Below are positions 10,575 to 23,516 of a stretch of 64,000 nucleotides of DNA, one piece after another. Source of the stretch: Gammaproteobacteria bacterium (GTDB lineage Bacteria; Pseudomonadota; Gammaproteobacteria; SG8-11); NCBI GenBank assembly GCA_031363085.1, contig JANLTU010000245.1:8500-72499 (forward strand), written 5' to 3'. Position numbers and translations under genes: made by a program. Numbering within the stretch: the stretch's first letter is position 1; the number at the start of each line of letters is the position of its first letter. The notes under the pieces were generated by a model. That model searched no databases and was not told the origin of the DNA. It worked only from the letters and a program-made list of their open reading frames with translations.

Positions 10575-11924
10575 GTGCGCGGTTCACTTTGGCAAAAATG
10601 TGTGCGTCGGTTAGAAGAAGAATTGCCTGCACAGCAGTTCAACACCTGGATACGCCCACTCCATGCTGTGGAAAAAGATTCCACTATTACTTTGCTCGCC
10701 CCGAATAAATTTGTCAGTGAATGGATCAATGAACAATTGCTGGGCCGCATAGAACAAATTGCAAATTCAGTCGGTGACGGTTTGGAACTTCAAATTCGCG
10801 TGCAAGTGGGTAGTAAACAGCTTGCTGCTGACGTCAGCAAAAAAATCGATGTAGCGCCCAAACATACCTTCCGTCGTGTACGCGATAAAGACACCGCGTC
10901 GGTTAACAGTAATCTTAATAAAGATTTTACCTTTGATACTTTCGTTGAAGGCAAATCAAATCAGCTTGCACGTGCGGCTTCGATTCAAGTCGCAGAAAAC
11001 CCGGGTGGAGCCTATAACCCGCTATTTATTTATGGCGGTGTTGGTTTAGGTAAAACACACTTAATGCACGCGATTGGCAACCTGATTATTGCGCGTAATC
11101 CTAATGCGCGTGTTGTGTACTTGCATTCCGAACGTTTTGTGCAGGATATGGTCAAGGCGCTACAACACAATGCCATTAGCGACTTCAAACGTTACTACCG
11201 TTCAGTTAACGCATTGCTGATCGATGACATCCAATTTTTTGCTGGGAAAGAGCGCTCGCAGGAAGAATTCTTCCACACGTTTAATGCGTTGTTGGAAGGA
11301 CAAAACCAAGTGGTATTGACCAGTGATCGTTATCCCAAAGAAGTCTCGGGTTTGGAAGAACGCCTTAAGTCACGCTTCGGCTGGGGACTTACGGTTGCGA
11401 TCGACCCACCGGAACTTGAAACACGTGTGGCCATTTTAATGCGCAAAGCTACTCAGCTTGGCGCCGAACTCCCACAAGAAGTCGCATTTTTTGTCGCGAA
11501 GCGTATTCGTTCAAACATTCGTGAACTTGAAGGTGCGCTTCGTCGTGTGGTCGCTAACGCAAAATTTACCAATCGTTTAATTACCTTGGATTTTGCAAAA
11601 GAGTCATTACGAGACCTCCTCGCATTGCAGGAAAAATTAGTAACCATCGAAAATATTCAAAAAACAGTGGGGGAGTATTTTAAAATTCGAGTCGCCGATT
11701 TGCTGTCGAAGAAACGTAGCCGTTCAATTGCACGTCCACGGCAAGTGGCGATGGCTTTGGCTAAAGAACTTACTAATCACAGCTTGCCGGAAATTGGCGA
11801 TGCTTTTGGCGGGCGGGATCATACAACCGTGTTGCACGCGTGCCGTAAGGTTGTTGAACTACGTCGTAGCGACGCGAAAGTTAGTGAGGATTTTTCAAAT
11901 TTATTGCGAACACTAACAAGCTAG
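10575..11924 (+). CDS. dnaA: Chromosomal replication initiator DnaA
   Basis: [45 protein letters not shown]. Confidence 0.99.
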   Translation: MRGSLWQKCVRRLEEELPAQQFNTWIRPLHAVEKDSTITLLAPNKFVSEWINEQLLGRIEQIANSVGDGLELQIRVQVGSKQLAADVSKKIDVAPKHTFRRVRDKDTASVNSNLNKDFTFDTFVEGKSNQLARAASIQVAENPGGAYNPLFIYGGVGLGKTHLMHAIGNLIIARNPNARVVYLHSERFVQDMVKALQHNAISDFKRYYRSVNALLIDDIQFFAGKERSQEEFFHTFNALLEGQNQVVLTSDRYPKEVSGLEERLKSRFGWGLTVAIDPPELETRVAILMRKATQLGAELPQEVAFFVAKRIRSNIRELEGALRRVVANAKFTNRLITLDFAKESLRDLLALQEKLVTIENIQKTVGEYFKIRVADLLSKKRSRSIARPRQVAMALAKELTNHSLPEIGDAFGGRDHTTVLHACRKVVELRRSDAKVSEDFSNLLRTLTS

Positions 11925-12120
11925 GTGATTAACTGTGGATAAGTTGTTAGTAGCGCAGTGTGCGTTAATTCAATCACAGGTTATACACAAGTAGTAAGTC
12001 GCTTTACGCATACGATATCAAGAGCAGGTTAAGGTCTATAACTTATTGAAATAAAAATTAATAAATTTAAATCAAGCAAGTTACTCTCAACGCCTATAGT
12101 AACTATAAAAGGTAAGACAT
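11925..12120. other. Probable replication origin oriC
   Basis: DnaA boxes TGTGGATAA (11934-11942) and TTATACACA (11981-11989), then an AT-rich tract at about 12040-12075; dnaA-dnaN intergenic position. Confidence 0.8.
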
Positions 12121-13221
12121 ATGAAATTTACTCTTACAAGAGACGCTCTATTAAAACCACTACAAGTGGTTTGTGGGGTCGTAGAACGCCGTCAAACGCT
12201 GCCGATATTGTCAAATGTTCTGGTGTCAGTCAGTAACAATATCCTTAAGTTGGTTACTACCGATTTGGAAGTCGAGTTGGTTACTGAAACACACTTGGAT
12301 GCAGCGGAAGACGGTGAAGTTACGATTGCGGCGCGCAAGCTGCTGGATATCTGTCGCGCGCTTCCAGAAGCTACGCTGCTTGATATTTCTGAAAGTAAGG
12401 GAAAAGTACAGCTTAAGGCGGGGAAAAGTCGGTTTAGTCTGTCGACTCTTCCGGTTGATGAATTTCCAAAAATCCAAGCAATTAACACTAATATCACCGT
12501 TGATATTGTTGGTGCTACTTTAAAGGCTATCATCGATAAAACCTATTTTGCGATGGCACAACAAGATGTTCGTTATTATTTAAATGGGGTTTTATTTGAA
12601 ATTGATGGAGGGCGACTGCGAGCTGTGGCTACTGACGGGCATCGGCTTTCGGTTTGTGATGGTGCAATAAAATCGAATTCGGCAAGTTTGCTTCAGGCCA
12701 TTATTCCGCGTAAAGGGGTGTTAGAGCTGCAAAGATTGCTCAGTGATTCGGAAGGGCAAGTTGTAATCAGTATTAGTGCAAATCACCTGAGAGCAGAATT
12801 TGAGGGAATTATTTATACAACGAAGTTAGTTGACGGCAAATTCCCTGACTATGATCGAGTTATTCCACTGAATCCCACTAAAAAAGTTGTTGCAGAAAGA
12901 GTTATGTTGAAAGATGCACTGCATCGAGCATCGATCCTTTCTAATGAAAAATATCGCGGCGTTCGATTAAAGGTTACTCGTAGCGGGCTGGTGGCAAGTA
13001 CTAGTAACCCAGAGCAAGAAGAAGCTGAAGAGCATATTAATGTTGATTACAGTGGTGATGACCTCGAAATTGGGTTTAATGTCACTTACATTATTGAGGC
13101 ACTGTCAGCGGTGTCCTGCGACGAAATCGAGTTGCTGTTTACCGACGGTAATAGCAGTTGCTTGATTCAGCCGCGTGATAGTAAAGATTGTCGGCATGTC
13201 ATTATGCCAATGCGGCTTTGA
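12121..13221 (+). CDS. dnaN: DNA polymerase III beta clamp
   Basis: VERRQTLPILSN, AQQDVRYYLNG, ATDGHRL, C-terminal IMPMRL. Confidence 0.99.
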   Translation: MKFTLTRDALLKPLQVVCGVVERRQTLPILSNVLVSVSNNILKLVTTDLEVELVTETHLDAAEDGEVTIAARKLLDICRALPEATLLDISESKGKVQLKAGKSRFSLSTLPVDEFPKIQAINTNITVDIVGATLKAIIDKTYFAMAQQDVRYYLNGVLFEIDGGRLRAVATDGHRLSVCDGAIKSNSASLLQAIIPRKGVLELQRLLSDSEGQVVISISANHLRAEFEGIIYTTKLVDGKFPDYDRVIPLNPTKKVVAERVMLKDALHRASILSNEKYRGVRLKVTRSGLVASTSNPEQEEAEEHINVDYSGDDLEIGFNVTYIIEALSAVSCDEIELLFTDGNSSCLIQPRDSKDCRHVIMPMRL

Positions 13222-13326
13222 GTTTTTGTTTTTGAATTTATGCTTCTCGCACGGCATGTTCTATCTATCCGCACGTATGGTTCCGTTTTGCACATCAATA
13301 GCTTCTTGATAAGCCAGTGTTGTAGA

Positions 13327-13342
13327 TGTTCCACGTGAAACA
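13327..13342. promoter_or_regulatory. parS centromere-like site (ParB binding)
   Basis: TGTTCCACGTGAAACA matches the TGTTNCACGTGAAACA consensus; intergenic and about 1.3 kb from oriC. Confidence 0.9.
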
Positions 13343-13372
13343 TATTAACTCCAACCTCATTTATCGAACTAA

Positions 13373-15799
<2,427 letters not shown>

Positions 15800-15801
15800 T
15801 C

Positions 15802-15819
15802 GCCTGTTGGTAAACAGGC
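15802..15819. terminator. Hairpin between convergent gyrB and the TlpA-like gene
   Basis: GCCTGTT-GGTA-AACAGGC; no clear U tract. Confidence 0.45.
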
Positions 15820-15827
15820 ATCTCGGG

Positions 15828-16337
15828 CTACAGCTTTACGCGCAATACCTTACTGATCAGTTCCAGTGACTCGGTATTGTCCCATTGTCTGGAACCGCGA
15901 ATTTTTTGCACCACGCGCCCCTTAGCATCCACCAGCACGGTCAAAGGAATCGCATTCGCGCCTAACATATTTTCGAGTTGTAGCTTGCGGTCGAGATAGT
16001 TATCAAAAGTGATTTGGGCCTGCTGGATGAAGGCTGCAGCGGCATCGGCGTCATCGTCGGTGGAGATGCCGATGACGTTGAATTGTTTGCCAGCATAGCG
16101 ACGTGCGAGTCGCTCCAGCGATCCCATTTCTGCGCGGCAGGGCCCACACCAACTTGCCCATACGTTAATAAGCAGCGGCTTTCCGCGCAGCTCCGAAAGT
16201 TTACGGAAATCACCGGCAAACCCGTACAACGGCGCCTCGCGCAGCAACCCTCCCACCTCGACTTCCCCCGGCGTTGCCGCAAATACGCTGCTTGCAATCA
16301 GGCATAGCCAAACCATTACGTATATTCTGCACTTCAT
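15828..16337 (-). CDS. TlpA-family thiol:disulfide oxidoreductase
   Basis: Signal peptide; INVWASWCGPCRAEM; IPLT cis-Pro loop. Confidence 0.9.
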   Translation of the reverse strand: MKCRIYVMVWLCLIASSVFAATPGEVEVGGLLREAPLYGFAGDFRKLSELRGKPLLINVWASWCGPCRAEMGSLERLARRYAGKQFNVIGISTDDDADAAAAFIQQAQITFDNYLDRKLQLENMLGANAIPLTVLVDAKGRVVQKIRGSRQWDNTESLELISKVLRVKL

Positions 16338-18115
16338 GCGAGCACCCTTTTTTCACCGGTTTGCAGGCGCCAGAGCTCGGCATATATGCCGCCGCTGGCC
16401 AGTAGTTGTTCGTGCGTGCCGGATTCGGCGATGCATCCCCGCTCAAGCACGTGGATGCAATGTGCCGAACGTACCGTAGACAAGCGATGCGCGATGATCA
16501 GGCTGGTGCGTCCTACGACAAGGCGTTCGAGTGAACGCTGAATGGCCGCTTCGGTTTCATTATCGACCGCTGAAGTTGCTTCGTCGAGAATCAGGATCGG
16601 CGGATTTTTAAAGATCGCACGCGCCAGCGCCAAACGTTGCCGTTGCCCCCCCGACAGCTTCATGCCACGTTCGCCGACTTGCGTGTCGTACCCTTGCGGC
16701 AACTTGGCGATGAACTCATGCGCCTCTGCCGCCTGGGCAGCGCTCACAATCGCAGCGCGCGGCGCGTCTGCTATTCCATACGCGATATTTTCCGCCACGC
16801 TTGCGTCGGCCAGAAACGTATCTTGCGCGACATAGCCCATCGCACGGCGCAGATCCTGCAAATTAAGCTCACTGATCACTTGGCCATCGAGCCGGATCGC
16901 GCCCTGTTGCGGTTCGTGAAAGCGCAGCAGTAATTTGGTTAAGGTACTTTTGCCACCGCCCGTGCCGCCGACAAAAGCCACCGTGTCGCCGGCAGGAATG
17001 CGCAGGCTCAGACCATTAATCGCCGCCGCGCCGGCGCCGTCGTAAGTAAATTTCACATCCTCCAGCTCCAGTGCACCGCGCACGCTGCCTACCGGCAAAT
17101 GCTTGCCCTCGTACGGGATCGCCACCGGCGTTTGCAACAGATCCATCACGCGCTGGATCGAAGCCATCGAGCGCTGGTAGAGGTCGGTCATTTCAGCGAG
17201 GCGCGTCAGCGGCCACAACAGCCGCTGCGTTAGATACACCAGCACCGAATAACTGCCAACGCCAATCTCACCATTCAAGGCCATGAAACCGCCGTATAAC
17301 AGCGTCACGGTGAAGCCGGCGAGTATCGCCATGCGGATTACCGGTGTGATCGCCGCCGACCAGCGGATCGCTTCACTGTTGCGCACGCGGTAGGCGTCGG
17401 AGCCGGTGCGGATACGTTCGGCTTCAAATTCCTCGGCGGTGTAAGCCTTCACCGTCGCGATGCCGCTGAGATTATTGTTCAGCCGCGTTGCCAACGCGCC
17501 GGCCGCCTCGCGCACCGCCGTGTAACGCGGCGCAAGCCGTGACTGAAACCAGAACGCGCCGTAAAGGATGAACGGCACCGGTACCAGTGCGAGAAACGCG
17601 AGCTGGCTGGTGATGACAAAGAACACCGCGCCGACCATCAACGAGCCGCAGAACACCTGGATCAAATCATTGGCGCCGCCGTTCAGAAAGCGTTCCATCT
17701 GATTAATATCTTCATTGAGCACTGCCAGCAAATTGCCGGTGCGATTGCGTTCAAAATAAGCCAGCTCCAGTTTTTGTACATGCCGGTAAGCTTCCATGCG
17801 CAAGTCATGCTGAAGGTTCTGCGCCAGGTTGCGCCACCTCACGTCATAGAGGTATTGGAACAGCGACTCGCCGATCCAGATCACCACTGTGATCAGCGCC
17901 AGCAACACGAGCTGGTCTTTGGGGTCGACGACACCGGCACGTGCCAGAAACGAGACTTTTTGATTCACCACCACATCGACGGCCACGCCGATCAAAATTT
18001 CCGGCAACACATCGAAGAGTTTATTCAGCACCGAGTAAAGCGAGGCCATCGCAACCTGGGAGCGATACTGACGAGCGTAGTCAAACAGACGACGGAGTGG
18101 ATGCATGGGTTGCAA
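16334..18115 (-). CDS. ABC exporter, fused permease and ATP-binding domains (MsbA/Atm1-like)
   Basis: N-terminal TM domain; GGTGGGKST, LSGGQRQR, ILDEATS, IAHRLST; start may be 18106. Confidence 0.92.
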   Translation of the reverse strand: MQPMHPLRRLFDYARQYRSQVAMASLYSVLNKLFDVLPEILIGVAVDVVVNQKVSFLARAGVVDPKDQLVLLALITVVIWIGESLFQYLYDVRWRNLAQNLQHDLRMEAYRHVQKLELAYFERNRTGNLLAVLNEDINQMERFLNGGANDLIQVFCGSLMVGAVFFVITSQLAFLALVPVPFILYGAFWFQSRLAPRYTAVREAAGALATRLNNNLSGIATVKAYTAEEFEAERIRTGSDAYRVRNSEAIRWSAAITPVIRMAILAGFTVTLLYGGFMALNGEIGVGSYSVLVYLTQRLLWPLTRLAEMTDLYQRSMASIQRVMDLLQTPVAIPYEGKHLPVGSVRGALELEDVKFTYDGAGAAAINGLSLRIPAGDTVAFVGGTGGGKSTLTKLLLRFHEPQQGAIRLDGQVISELNLQDLRRAMGYVAQDTFLADASVAENIAYGIADAPRAAIVSAAQAAEAHEFIAKLPQGYDTQVGERGMKLSGGQRQRLALARAIFKNPPILILDEATSAVDNETEAAIQRSLERLVVGRTSLIIAHRLSTVRSAHCIHVLERGCIAESGTHEQLLASGGIYAELWRLQTGEKRVLA

Positions 18116-18200
18116 CGGCGTGCGATGTTAGGACGATCTGGACGAGTTGGAAACAGCGTTAGTGTAGCGCCTCAACATCAAAGGAACGTAAACTTTCTAA

Positions 18201-19511
18201 ATGAGCACAGCGCCAACAATCTACGGAAAACATGTCGTGTTACGTGCTCTCGCTGAAATAGACCGCAGCGTAATGGAAGCGAAGCGAAGCTCTGAGTTCC
18301 TTCGAATGGTCGGGACCAACACCGACGAGGTTACAACACCCCATGAAGTGAGGAACGCCTTTGACCAAGCGCTTGCCGATCCTAATCCGTTACATTGGGT
18401 GGTAACTGTCCAGGGTCGCTGCATCGGTACGGCGTTTCTTCATTCGCTAGTGAAAAACGATCAAAGAGCGCGTTACGCCATCGGCATTTTCGAGCCGAGT
18501 GATTGGGGCAGAAATTTTGGTACCGAGACAACCCGCATCGTGCTGGATTACGCATTTGGACAATTGGGGCTACACCGCGTCGATGTGCGCGTGCTGGCGT
18601 ACAACCAACGGGCACTTCGTTGTTATGAAAAGTGCGGCTTCGTATCGGAGCGCGTTGAACGAGAAAGCGCGTGGGTCGACGGCCAATGGCACAACGATAT
18701 AATTATGGGAATCTTGGTGCACGAGCATTTACTCAAAGTAGCCAATTATTCAGCGCAGACTAACCCATCCAACACAACATCACAAAGAGTGATAACGAGA
18801 GGAGATAGCATGGGCGCACAGTGGAAAACCAAAATCAAGGAAGCCGCGTCCGGGACGAAGGGTCGGATCTTTACCAAGCTCGCCCGCGAGATCATGGTGG
18901 CGGCGCGTGCCGGTCCTGATCCGGACATGAACTCGCGCTTGCGCTTGGCGATTGAGCAGGCGAAGAAAGCCTCCATGCCGAAGGATACGGTTGAGCGCGC
19001 AATCAAAAAGGGAGCAGGTCTTGATGATTCTGGGGTGAGTTACCAGCGGCTGATTTACGAAGGCTTCGCGCCGCATAAGGTGCCGGTGATTGTTGAGTGC
19101 TTGACTGACAACGTGAATCGCACCATATCGAACATTCGCGCTTTGTTTCGCAAGGGGCATCTCGGCGCACTGGGATCGGTGTCGTGGGATTTCGACCACC
19201 TCGGCGTAATTGAAGCCACCCCGGAATCCCCGACTGCCGACGCCGAACTTGCCGCGATTGAGGCGGGCGCCCGCGACCTTGAGCCCGGCGAAAATGGCGC
19301 AACGCTGTTTCTGACCGAGCTCACCGACCTGGACGCGGTCACGCACGCGTTACCGAAATATGGTTTTATCGTGCAGACGGCGCAACTGGCCTACCGTTCC
19401 AAAAATCCGATGAAGCTAGCCGATGCGGAACGCGCCGAAGTCGAGGCTTTCCTCGAAGCCATTGATGGCGATGATGACGTGCAGAATGTGTTTGCAGGCT
19501 TGGCCGACTAA
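18201..19511 (+). CDS. In-frame ORF: RimJ/RimL-type GNAT acetyltransferase fused to a YebC/PmpR-family protein
   Basis: GNAT motifs ([27 protein letters not shown]) run without a stop codon into [20 protein letters not shown]. Confidence 0.7.
   Translation: MSTAPTIYGKHVVLRALAEIDRSVMEAKRSSEFLRMVGTNTDEVTTPHEVRNAFDQALADPNPLHWVVTVQGRCIGTAFLHSLVKNDQRARYAIGIFEPSDWGRNFGTETTRIVLDYAFGQLGLHRVDVRVLAYNQRALRCYEKCGFVSERVERESAWVDGQWHNDIIMGILVHEHLLKVANYSAQTNPSNTTSQRVITRGDSMGAQWKTKIKEAASGTKGRIFTKLAREIMVAARAGPDPDMNSRLRLAIEQAKKASMPKDTVERAIKKGAGLDDSGVSYQRLIYEGFAPHKVPVIVECLTDNVNRTISNIRALFRKGHLGALGSVSWDFDHLGVIEATPESPTADAELAAIEAGARDLEPGENGATLFLTELTDLDAVTHALPKYGFIVQTAQLAYRSKNPMKLADAERAEVEAFLEAIDGDDDVQNVFAGLAD
18810..19511 (+). 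CDS. YebC/PmpR family protein (internal start)
   Basis: Strong GAGGAG RBS before ATG 18810; [33 protein letters not shown]. Confidence 0.9.
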   Translation: MGAQWKTKIKEAASGTKGRIFTKLAREIMVAARAGPDPDMNSRLRLAIEQAKKASMPKDTVERAIKKGAGLDDSGVSYQRLIYEGFAPHKVPVIVECLTDNVNRTISNIRALFRKGHLGALGSVSWDFDHLGVIEATPESPTADAELAAIEAGARDLEPGENGATLFLTELTDLDAVTHALPKYGFIVQTAQLAYRSKNPMKLADAERAEVEAFLEAIDGDDDVQNVFAGLAD

Positions 19512-19525
19512 GGCCGGGAAAAGAC

Positions 19526-19551
19526 ACGACCGGACATCGGCGCCCGGTCGT
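19526..19551. terminator. Hairpin between convergent yebC-like gene and fbp
   Basis: ACGACCGG / CCGGTCGT 8-bp stem flanked by A/T-rich bases. Confidence 0.5.
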
Positions 19552-19558
19552 AATTATT

Positions 19559-20566
19559 TCAGACTTCCTTGTGGTACCGAATCACCCGCTCCACTTCGTT
19601 ACGTGAGCCTAGAATCACCGGCACGCGCTGATGCAGGTTGTCAGGCTTGATATCCATGATGCGTTCGCGACCGGTGGTGCATACGCCGCCAGCTTGTTCG
19701 ACGATGAACGAGATCGGATTGGCTTCGTACATCAAACGCAGGCGCCCGGGCTTGGTCAAATCTTTCGTGTCTTTCGGATACATGAAAATTCCGCCGCGCG
19801 TCAGAATGCGGTACACGTCGGCGACCATCGACGCGATCCAGCGCATGTTGAAATCCTTCTCGCGCCCGCCCGCCTTGCCGCCCAGACATTCGCCGATGTA
19901 GCGCGTGACCGGCACTTCCCAGAAGCGGTGATTCGACATGTTGATGGCGAATTCTTTAGTGTCTTCCGGGATGCTCATTTTCGGATGAGTTAACACAAAC
20001 TCGCCGATGTTGCGATCCAGCGTGAAACCGTTCACGCCATTGCCGGTGGTCAACACCATCATGGTGCAGGGGCCGTACAGCGCAAAACCGGCGCACACTT
20101 GCTGCGTCCCCGGCTGTAAAAAATCTTTCGCGGTCGGGTCGGTTACTTCCGGTGGGCAACGCAGAATCGAAAAAATCGTACCGACTGAAATGTTCACGTC
20201 GATGTTCGACGAACCATCGAGCGGATCGAATACCAGCAGGTATTTACCCTTCGGATATTGCGCCGGGATGGGATACATATCGTCCATTTCTTCCGACGCC
20301 ATCCCCGCCAAGTGCCCGGCCCATTCATTCGACTTGAGCATAATGTCGTTGGTGATCACGTCGAGTTTTTTCTGCACCTCGCCTTGCACGTTATCGCTGC
20401 CGGCGCTGCCTAACAGGCCGATCAAGCCACCTTGACTGACCGCATTCGAAATCACCTTGCAAGCGGTTACAATGTCGTTCAGCAACGAGGTAAAATCGCC
20501 TGAAGCACCGCGAATGCGGCGCTGTTCTTCAATCATGAATTGCGTAATCGTGGTACCACTGTGCAT
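19559..20566 (-). CDS. fbp: Class 1 fructose-1,6-bisphosphatase
   Basis: [34 protein letters not shown]. Confidence 0.96.
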   Translation of the reverse strand: MHSGTTITQFMIEEQRRIRGASGDFTSLLNDIVTACKVISNAVSQGGLIGLLGSAGSDNVQGEVQKKLDVITNDIMLKSNEWAGHLAGMASEEMDDMYPIPAQYPKGKYLLVFDPLDGSSNIDVNISVGTIFSILRCPPEVTDPTAKDFLQPGTQQVCAGFALYGPCTMMVLTTGNGVNGFTLDRNIGEFVLTHPKMSIPEDTKEFAINMSNHRFWEVPVTRYIGECLGGKAGGREKDFNMRWIASMVADVYRILTRGGIFMYPKDTKDLTKPGRLRLMYEANPISFIVEQAGGVCTTGRERIMDIKPDNLHQRVPVILGSRNEVERVIRYHKEV

Positions 20567-20750
20567 AGCTATTTACCCTTCACGTGATCCAATCGTTCGA
20601 CTGGCAGAAAAAATAGAGCGGGGATTCTAGCAAAAGCGCCCAGGTTTTTCGAAGCAATTGCCATTTTTAAGGCGCAGACGGCATTTGCGCGCCGCGCGCC
20701 CAGCGCTTAGCATGTGCCCATTCCAATCCTCCAAAATGTTTGAGAGCCGC

Positions 20751-21683
20751 ATGACCCACGCCCCGATCCGTATTGCGACGCGCAAAAGCCCCTTGGCCCT
20801 CTGGCAGGCCGAATTCGTGCGCGACAGTTTGTTGCGCGCCAACCCTGGCTTGCAGATTGAGCTGATCAAAATGACCACGCAGGGCGATAAAATTCTCGAC
20901 ACGCCACTGGCCAAAGTCGGTGGTAAGGGCCTGTTCGTCAAAGAGCTCGAACAAGGCATGTTGCGTGGTGAGGCCGACTTGGCCGTGCATTCGATGAAAG
21001 ATGTGCCAGTCGAATTGCCCGCCGGGCTGCATCTGGCCGCCATTTGCGAACGCGAAGATCCACGCGACGCGTTTGTTTCCAATCGCTACGCCGCGTTTGC
21101 CGAACTGCCGCAGGGCGCGCGCGTTGGCACCTCCAGCCTGCGCCGCCAGTCGCAGATTCGTGCCAGCCGTCCCGACCTGCAAATTTTTGACCTGCGCGGA
21201 AATGTCAATACCCGTCTCGCCAAGCTCGACGCCGGCGACTACGACGCAATCATCCTGGCTGTCGCCGGGCTCAAACGCTTAGGTTTCGAATCCCGCATCC
21301 GCACCGGCATCGCACCGGAAGTCAGCCTGCCCGCCATTGGCCAAGGCGCCGTCGGCATCGAATGCCGCAGCGATGATGAGCGCATCAACGGCCTGCTCGC
21401 GGCGTTGAACCACCCACACACCCGCATTTGTGTGGAAGCCGAACGCGCCATGAACCTGCGCTTACAAGGCGGCTGCCAAGTGCCCATCGGCGGCTACGCG
21501 CTGCTTGAAAATGGCGTGTTGTGGTTGCGCGGCTTGGTCGGTAGCCCCGACGGTTTGCGCGTCATTCGCGGCGAAGTGCGCGGGCCCAGCGCCAAGGCGG
21601 TGGAGTTGGGTGTCACGCTTGCCAACGATTTGCTGGCACGCGGCGCCGCTGAAATATTGCAAGAAGTCTACGCACGTGCCTGA
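20751..21683 (+). CDS. hemC: Hydroxymethylbilane synthase
   Basis: [41 protein letters not shown]; start reset to ATG 20751. Confidence 0.97.
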   Translation: MTHAPIRIATRKSPLALWQAEFVRDSLLRANPGLQIELIKMTTQGDKILDTPLAKVGGKGLFVKELEQGMLRGEADLAVHSMKDVPVELPAGLHLAAICEREDPRDAFVSNRYAAFAELPQGARVGTSSLRRQSQIRASRPDLQIFDLRGNVNTRLAKLDAGDYDAIILAVAGLKRLGFESRIRTGIAPEVSLPAIGQGAVGIECRSDDERINGLLAALNHPHTRICVEAERAMNLRLQGGCQVPIGGYALLENGVLWLRGLVGSPDGLRVIRGEVRGPSAKAVELGVTLANDLLARGAAEILQEVYARA

Positions 21684-22452
21684 TGTTGACTTACGTGGAC
21701 TCACGGTCGTCGTCACTAGGCCGGAACACCAGGCAGGCAACCTGCGTCAATTGATCGAAGCCGCCGGCGGGCAGGTTATTTTATTCCCAACGCTCGCCAT
21801 CGCCGCACCGCAAAACCGGCCGGCGGTGCTGGCCGTATTGCAGCGCCTTGCTCAATTCGACCTCGCCGTGTTCATTAGCTCCAATGCGGTCGATTACGGC
21901 TTGCGTTACGCCGCCGAAGTTGGTGGCTTGCCGATGCATTTACAGATCGCTGCCGTCGGCGCTGGTACCGCGCGCGCGTTGCACGCCGCCGGTCATCCGC
22001 CCACTCTGGTGCCTGAGCACGACTTCAACAGCGAAGCCCTGCTGGCCCTCGCCGCCTTGCAGCAGGTGGCCGGCAAAAAAGTCATTATCTTCCGTGGCGA
22101 AGGCGGCCGCGAACACTTGGCCGACACACTGCGCAGTCGCGGCGCGCAAGTCGACTACGTACAGGTTTATCGCCGTGAAAAACCACCGGTGGATCGTGCC
22201 GTGCTGCTCGACGCCTGGGTACGTCATGGCATCGGCGCCATCGTCGTAACCAGCAACGAAAGCCTGCAAAACCTGTTCGACATGGTCGGCAGCGAAGGGC
22301 AAGCGTATCTGTGCTACACGCAATTGGTGCTCGTCAGTCAACGCGCAGTTGAACTGGCCCACCGCCTGGGCGTGCAGCGTGCGCCCATCGTCGCAGAGCG
22401 CGCCGGGGATGATGCGATAGTAGCTGCATTAGCGAAGTGCGCCGCACACTAA
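21676..22452 (+). CDS. hemD: Uroporphyrinogen-III synthase
   Basis: VVVTRP, FISSNAV, AVGAGTA, SEALL, RGEGGRE, VYRR; GTG start overlaps the hemC end. Confidence 0.93.
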   Translation: MPDVDLRGLTVVVTRPEHQAGNLRQLIEAAGGQVILFPTLAIAAPQNRPAVLAVLQRLAQFDLAVFISSNAVDYGLRYAAEVGGLPMHLQIAAVGAGTARALHAAGHPPTLVPEHDFNSEALLALAALQQVAGKKVIIFRGEGGREHLADTLRSRGAQVDYVQVYRREKPPVDRAVLLDAWVRHGIGAIVVTSNESLQNLFDMVGSEGQAYLCYTQLVLVSQRAVELAHRLGVQRAPIVAERAGDDAIVAALAKCAAH

Positions 22453-22496
22453 GGCTGTTATTACGTTGGTTCCCCCACCTTAGCAACACATGAATA

Positions 22497-22532
22497 TTGA
22501 CAACTAGTTTCCAGTAAAGGAAACTAGTTGTC
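22497..22532 (+). promoter_or_regulatory. Promoter/operator of the MarR gene
   Basis: TTGACA at 22497 overlapped by a perfect 14-bp inverted repeat GACAACTAGTTTCC-N6-GGAAACTAGTTGTC. Confidence 0.75.
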
Positions 22533-22536
22533 GTTT

Positions 22537-23028
22537 ATGGAGAAAGCAACAGTGACATCCCATCCACAATCCAAAGCTACCCTACTGACCGACCTCATGC
22601 TTGCGGTCTTCCGCGTGAATGGCCGTCTATTGGAAAAAGGTGACCAACTGGTTGAGGGCCTCAACCTCACCAGCGCCCGCTGGCAAGCGCTGGGGGCCGT
22701 GGCACTGGCCGAAAAGTCGCTGTCCGCGCCGCAGATCGCCGAGGCAATGGGCATCACCCGGCAGGGCGCACAGAAGCAGCTCAACAAACTGGAGCAGGAC
22801 GGTTTCTTTGCGCAAGCGCCGAACCCACGCCACCTGCGCTCGCCCGTTTACGCTTTAACTGAACTAGGCGAGCGCACTTTTGCCAAGGCGATGGTTCTGG
22901 AGACGGCTTGGGCCAAAAGCCTAGTTGCCGATCTTGCTCTGCAAGATCTTAAGAGCGCATTGCAAACCCTGAACGCCGTGCATGAAGTGCTCAACGCTCC
23001 GGTTCCAATCAAAGGGGCCAAGTCATGA
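22537..23028 (+). CDS. MarR family transcriptional regulator
   Basis: LTSARWQALG, IAEAMGITRQGAQK HTH, PNPRHLRS wing; start may be 22528, 22537 or 22552. Confidence 0.9.
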   Translation: MEKATVTSHPQSKATLLTDLMLAVFRVNGRLLEKGDQLVEGLNLTSARWQALGAVALAEKSLSAPQIAEAMGITRQGAQKQLNKLEQDGFFAQAPNPRHLRSPVYALTELGERTFAKAMVLETAWAKSLVADLALQDLKSALQTLNAVHEVLNAPVPIKGAKS

Positions 23029-23477
23029 AATCAGTTATTCACGCCATCAGTGGTAGCACCGCGATGTTCATCATCGCCGGCTTCTGGACCTCGACACTGG
23101 TCTCGGAGGTATTGCTGGATGGCGCTGACGTAGCCGCAGTCAAACACGTGATCGCATATGGCTTGATCCTACTGGTGCCGTTCATGGCCGCCACCGGCGG
23201 CTCCGGCTTTGCACTGGGTAAGACCCGGCCGGGACGTCTTCTCGACCAAAAACGAAAGCGCATGGCCATCGTCGGCATCAACGGCGTGTTAGTGATGATC
23301 CCTGCGGCGATCTTTCTTAACGTCAAGGCTGCTGCCGGTGAGTTCGACACCTGGTTCTATGCTGTGCAGGCGGTGGAGCTAAGCGTCGGCGCCATGCAGC
23401 TCACCCTCATGGCTATGAATTTCCGAGATGGGCTGGCATTGTCTGGCAAGCGGCATGTGGCTAGACCGAAGGCGTAA
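23025..23477 (+). CDS. Four-TM membrane protein of unknown function
   Basis: Four hydrophobic segments, ATGGSGF motif; ATGA overlap with MarR. Confidence 0.8.
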   Translation: MKSVIHAISGSTAMFIIAGFWTSTLVSEVLLDGADVAAVKHVIAYGLILLVPFMAATGGSGFALGKTRPGRLLDQKRKRMAIVGINGVLVMIPAAIFLNVKAAAGEFDTWFYAVQAVELSVGAMQLTLMAMNFRDGLALSGKRHVARPKA

Positions 23478-23516
23478 ATGCTGTTTGAAGGTGGTTATAC
23501 AAGCGTGGAGGTGTAC

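Noticed and set aside
18120-18780. GNAT region as a former integron cassette (GCGTTAG upstream, CTAACCC downstream)
   Set aside because: Neither site fits GTTRRRY or RYYYAAC exactly, and no attC hairpin or integrase is visible.
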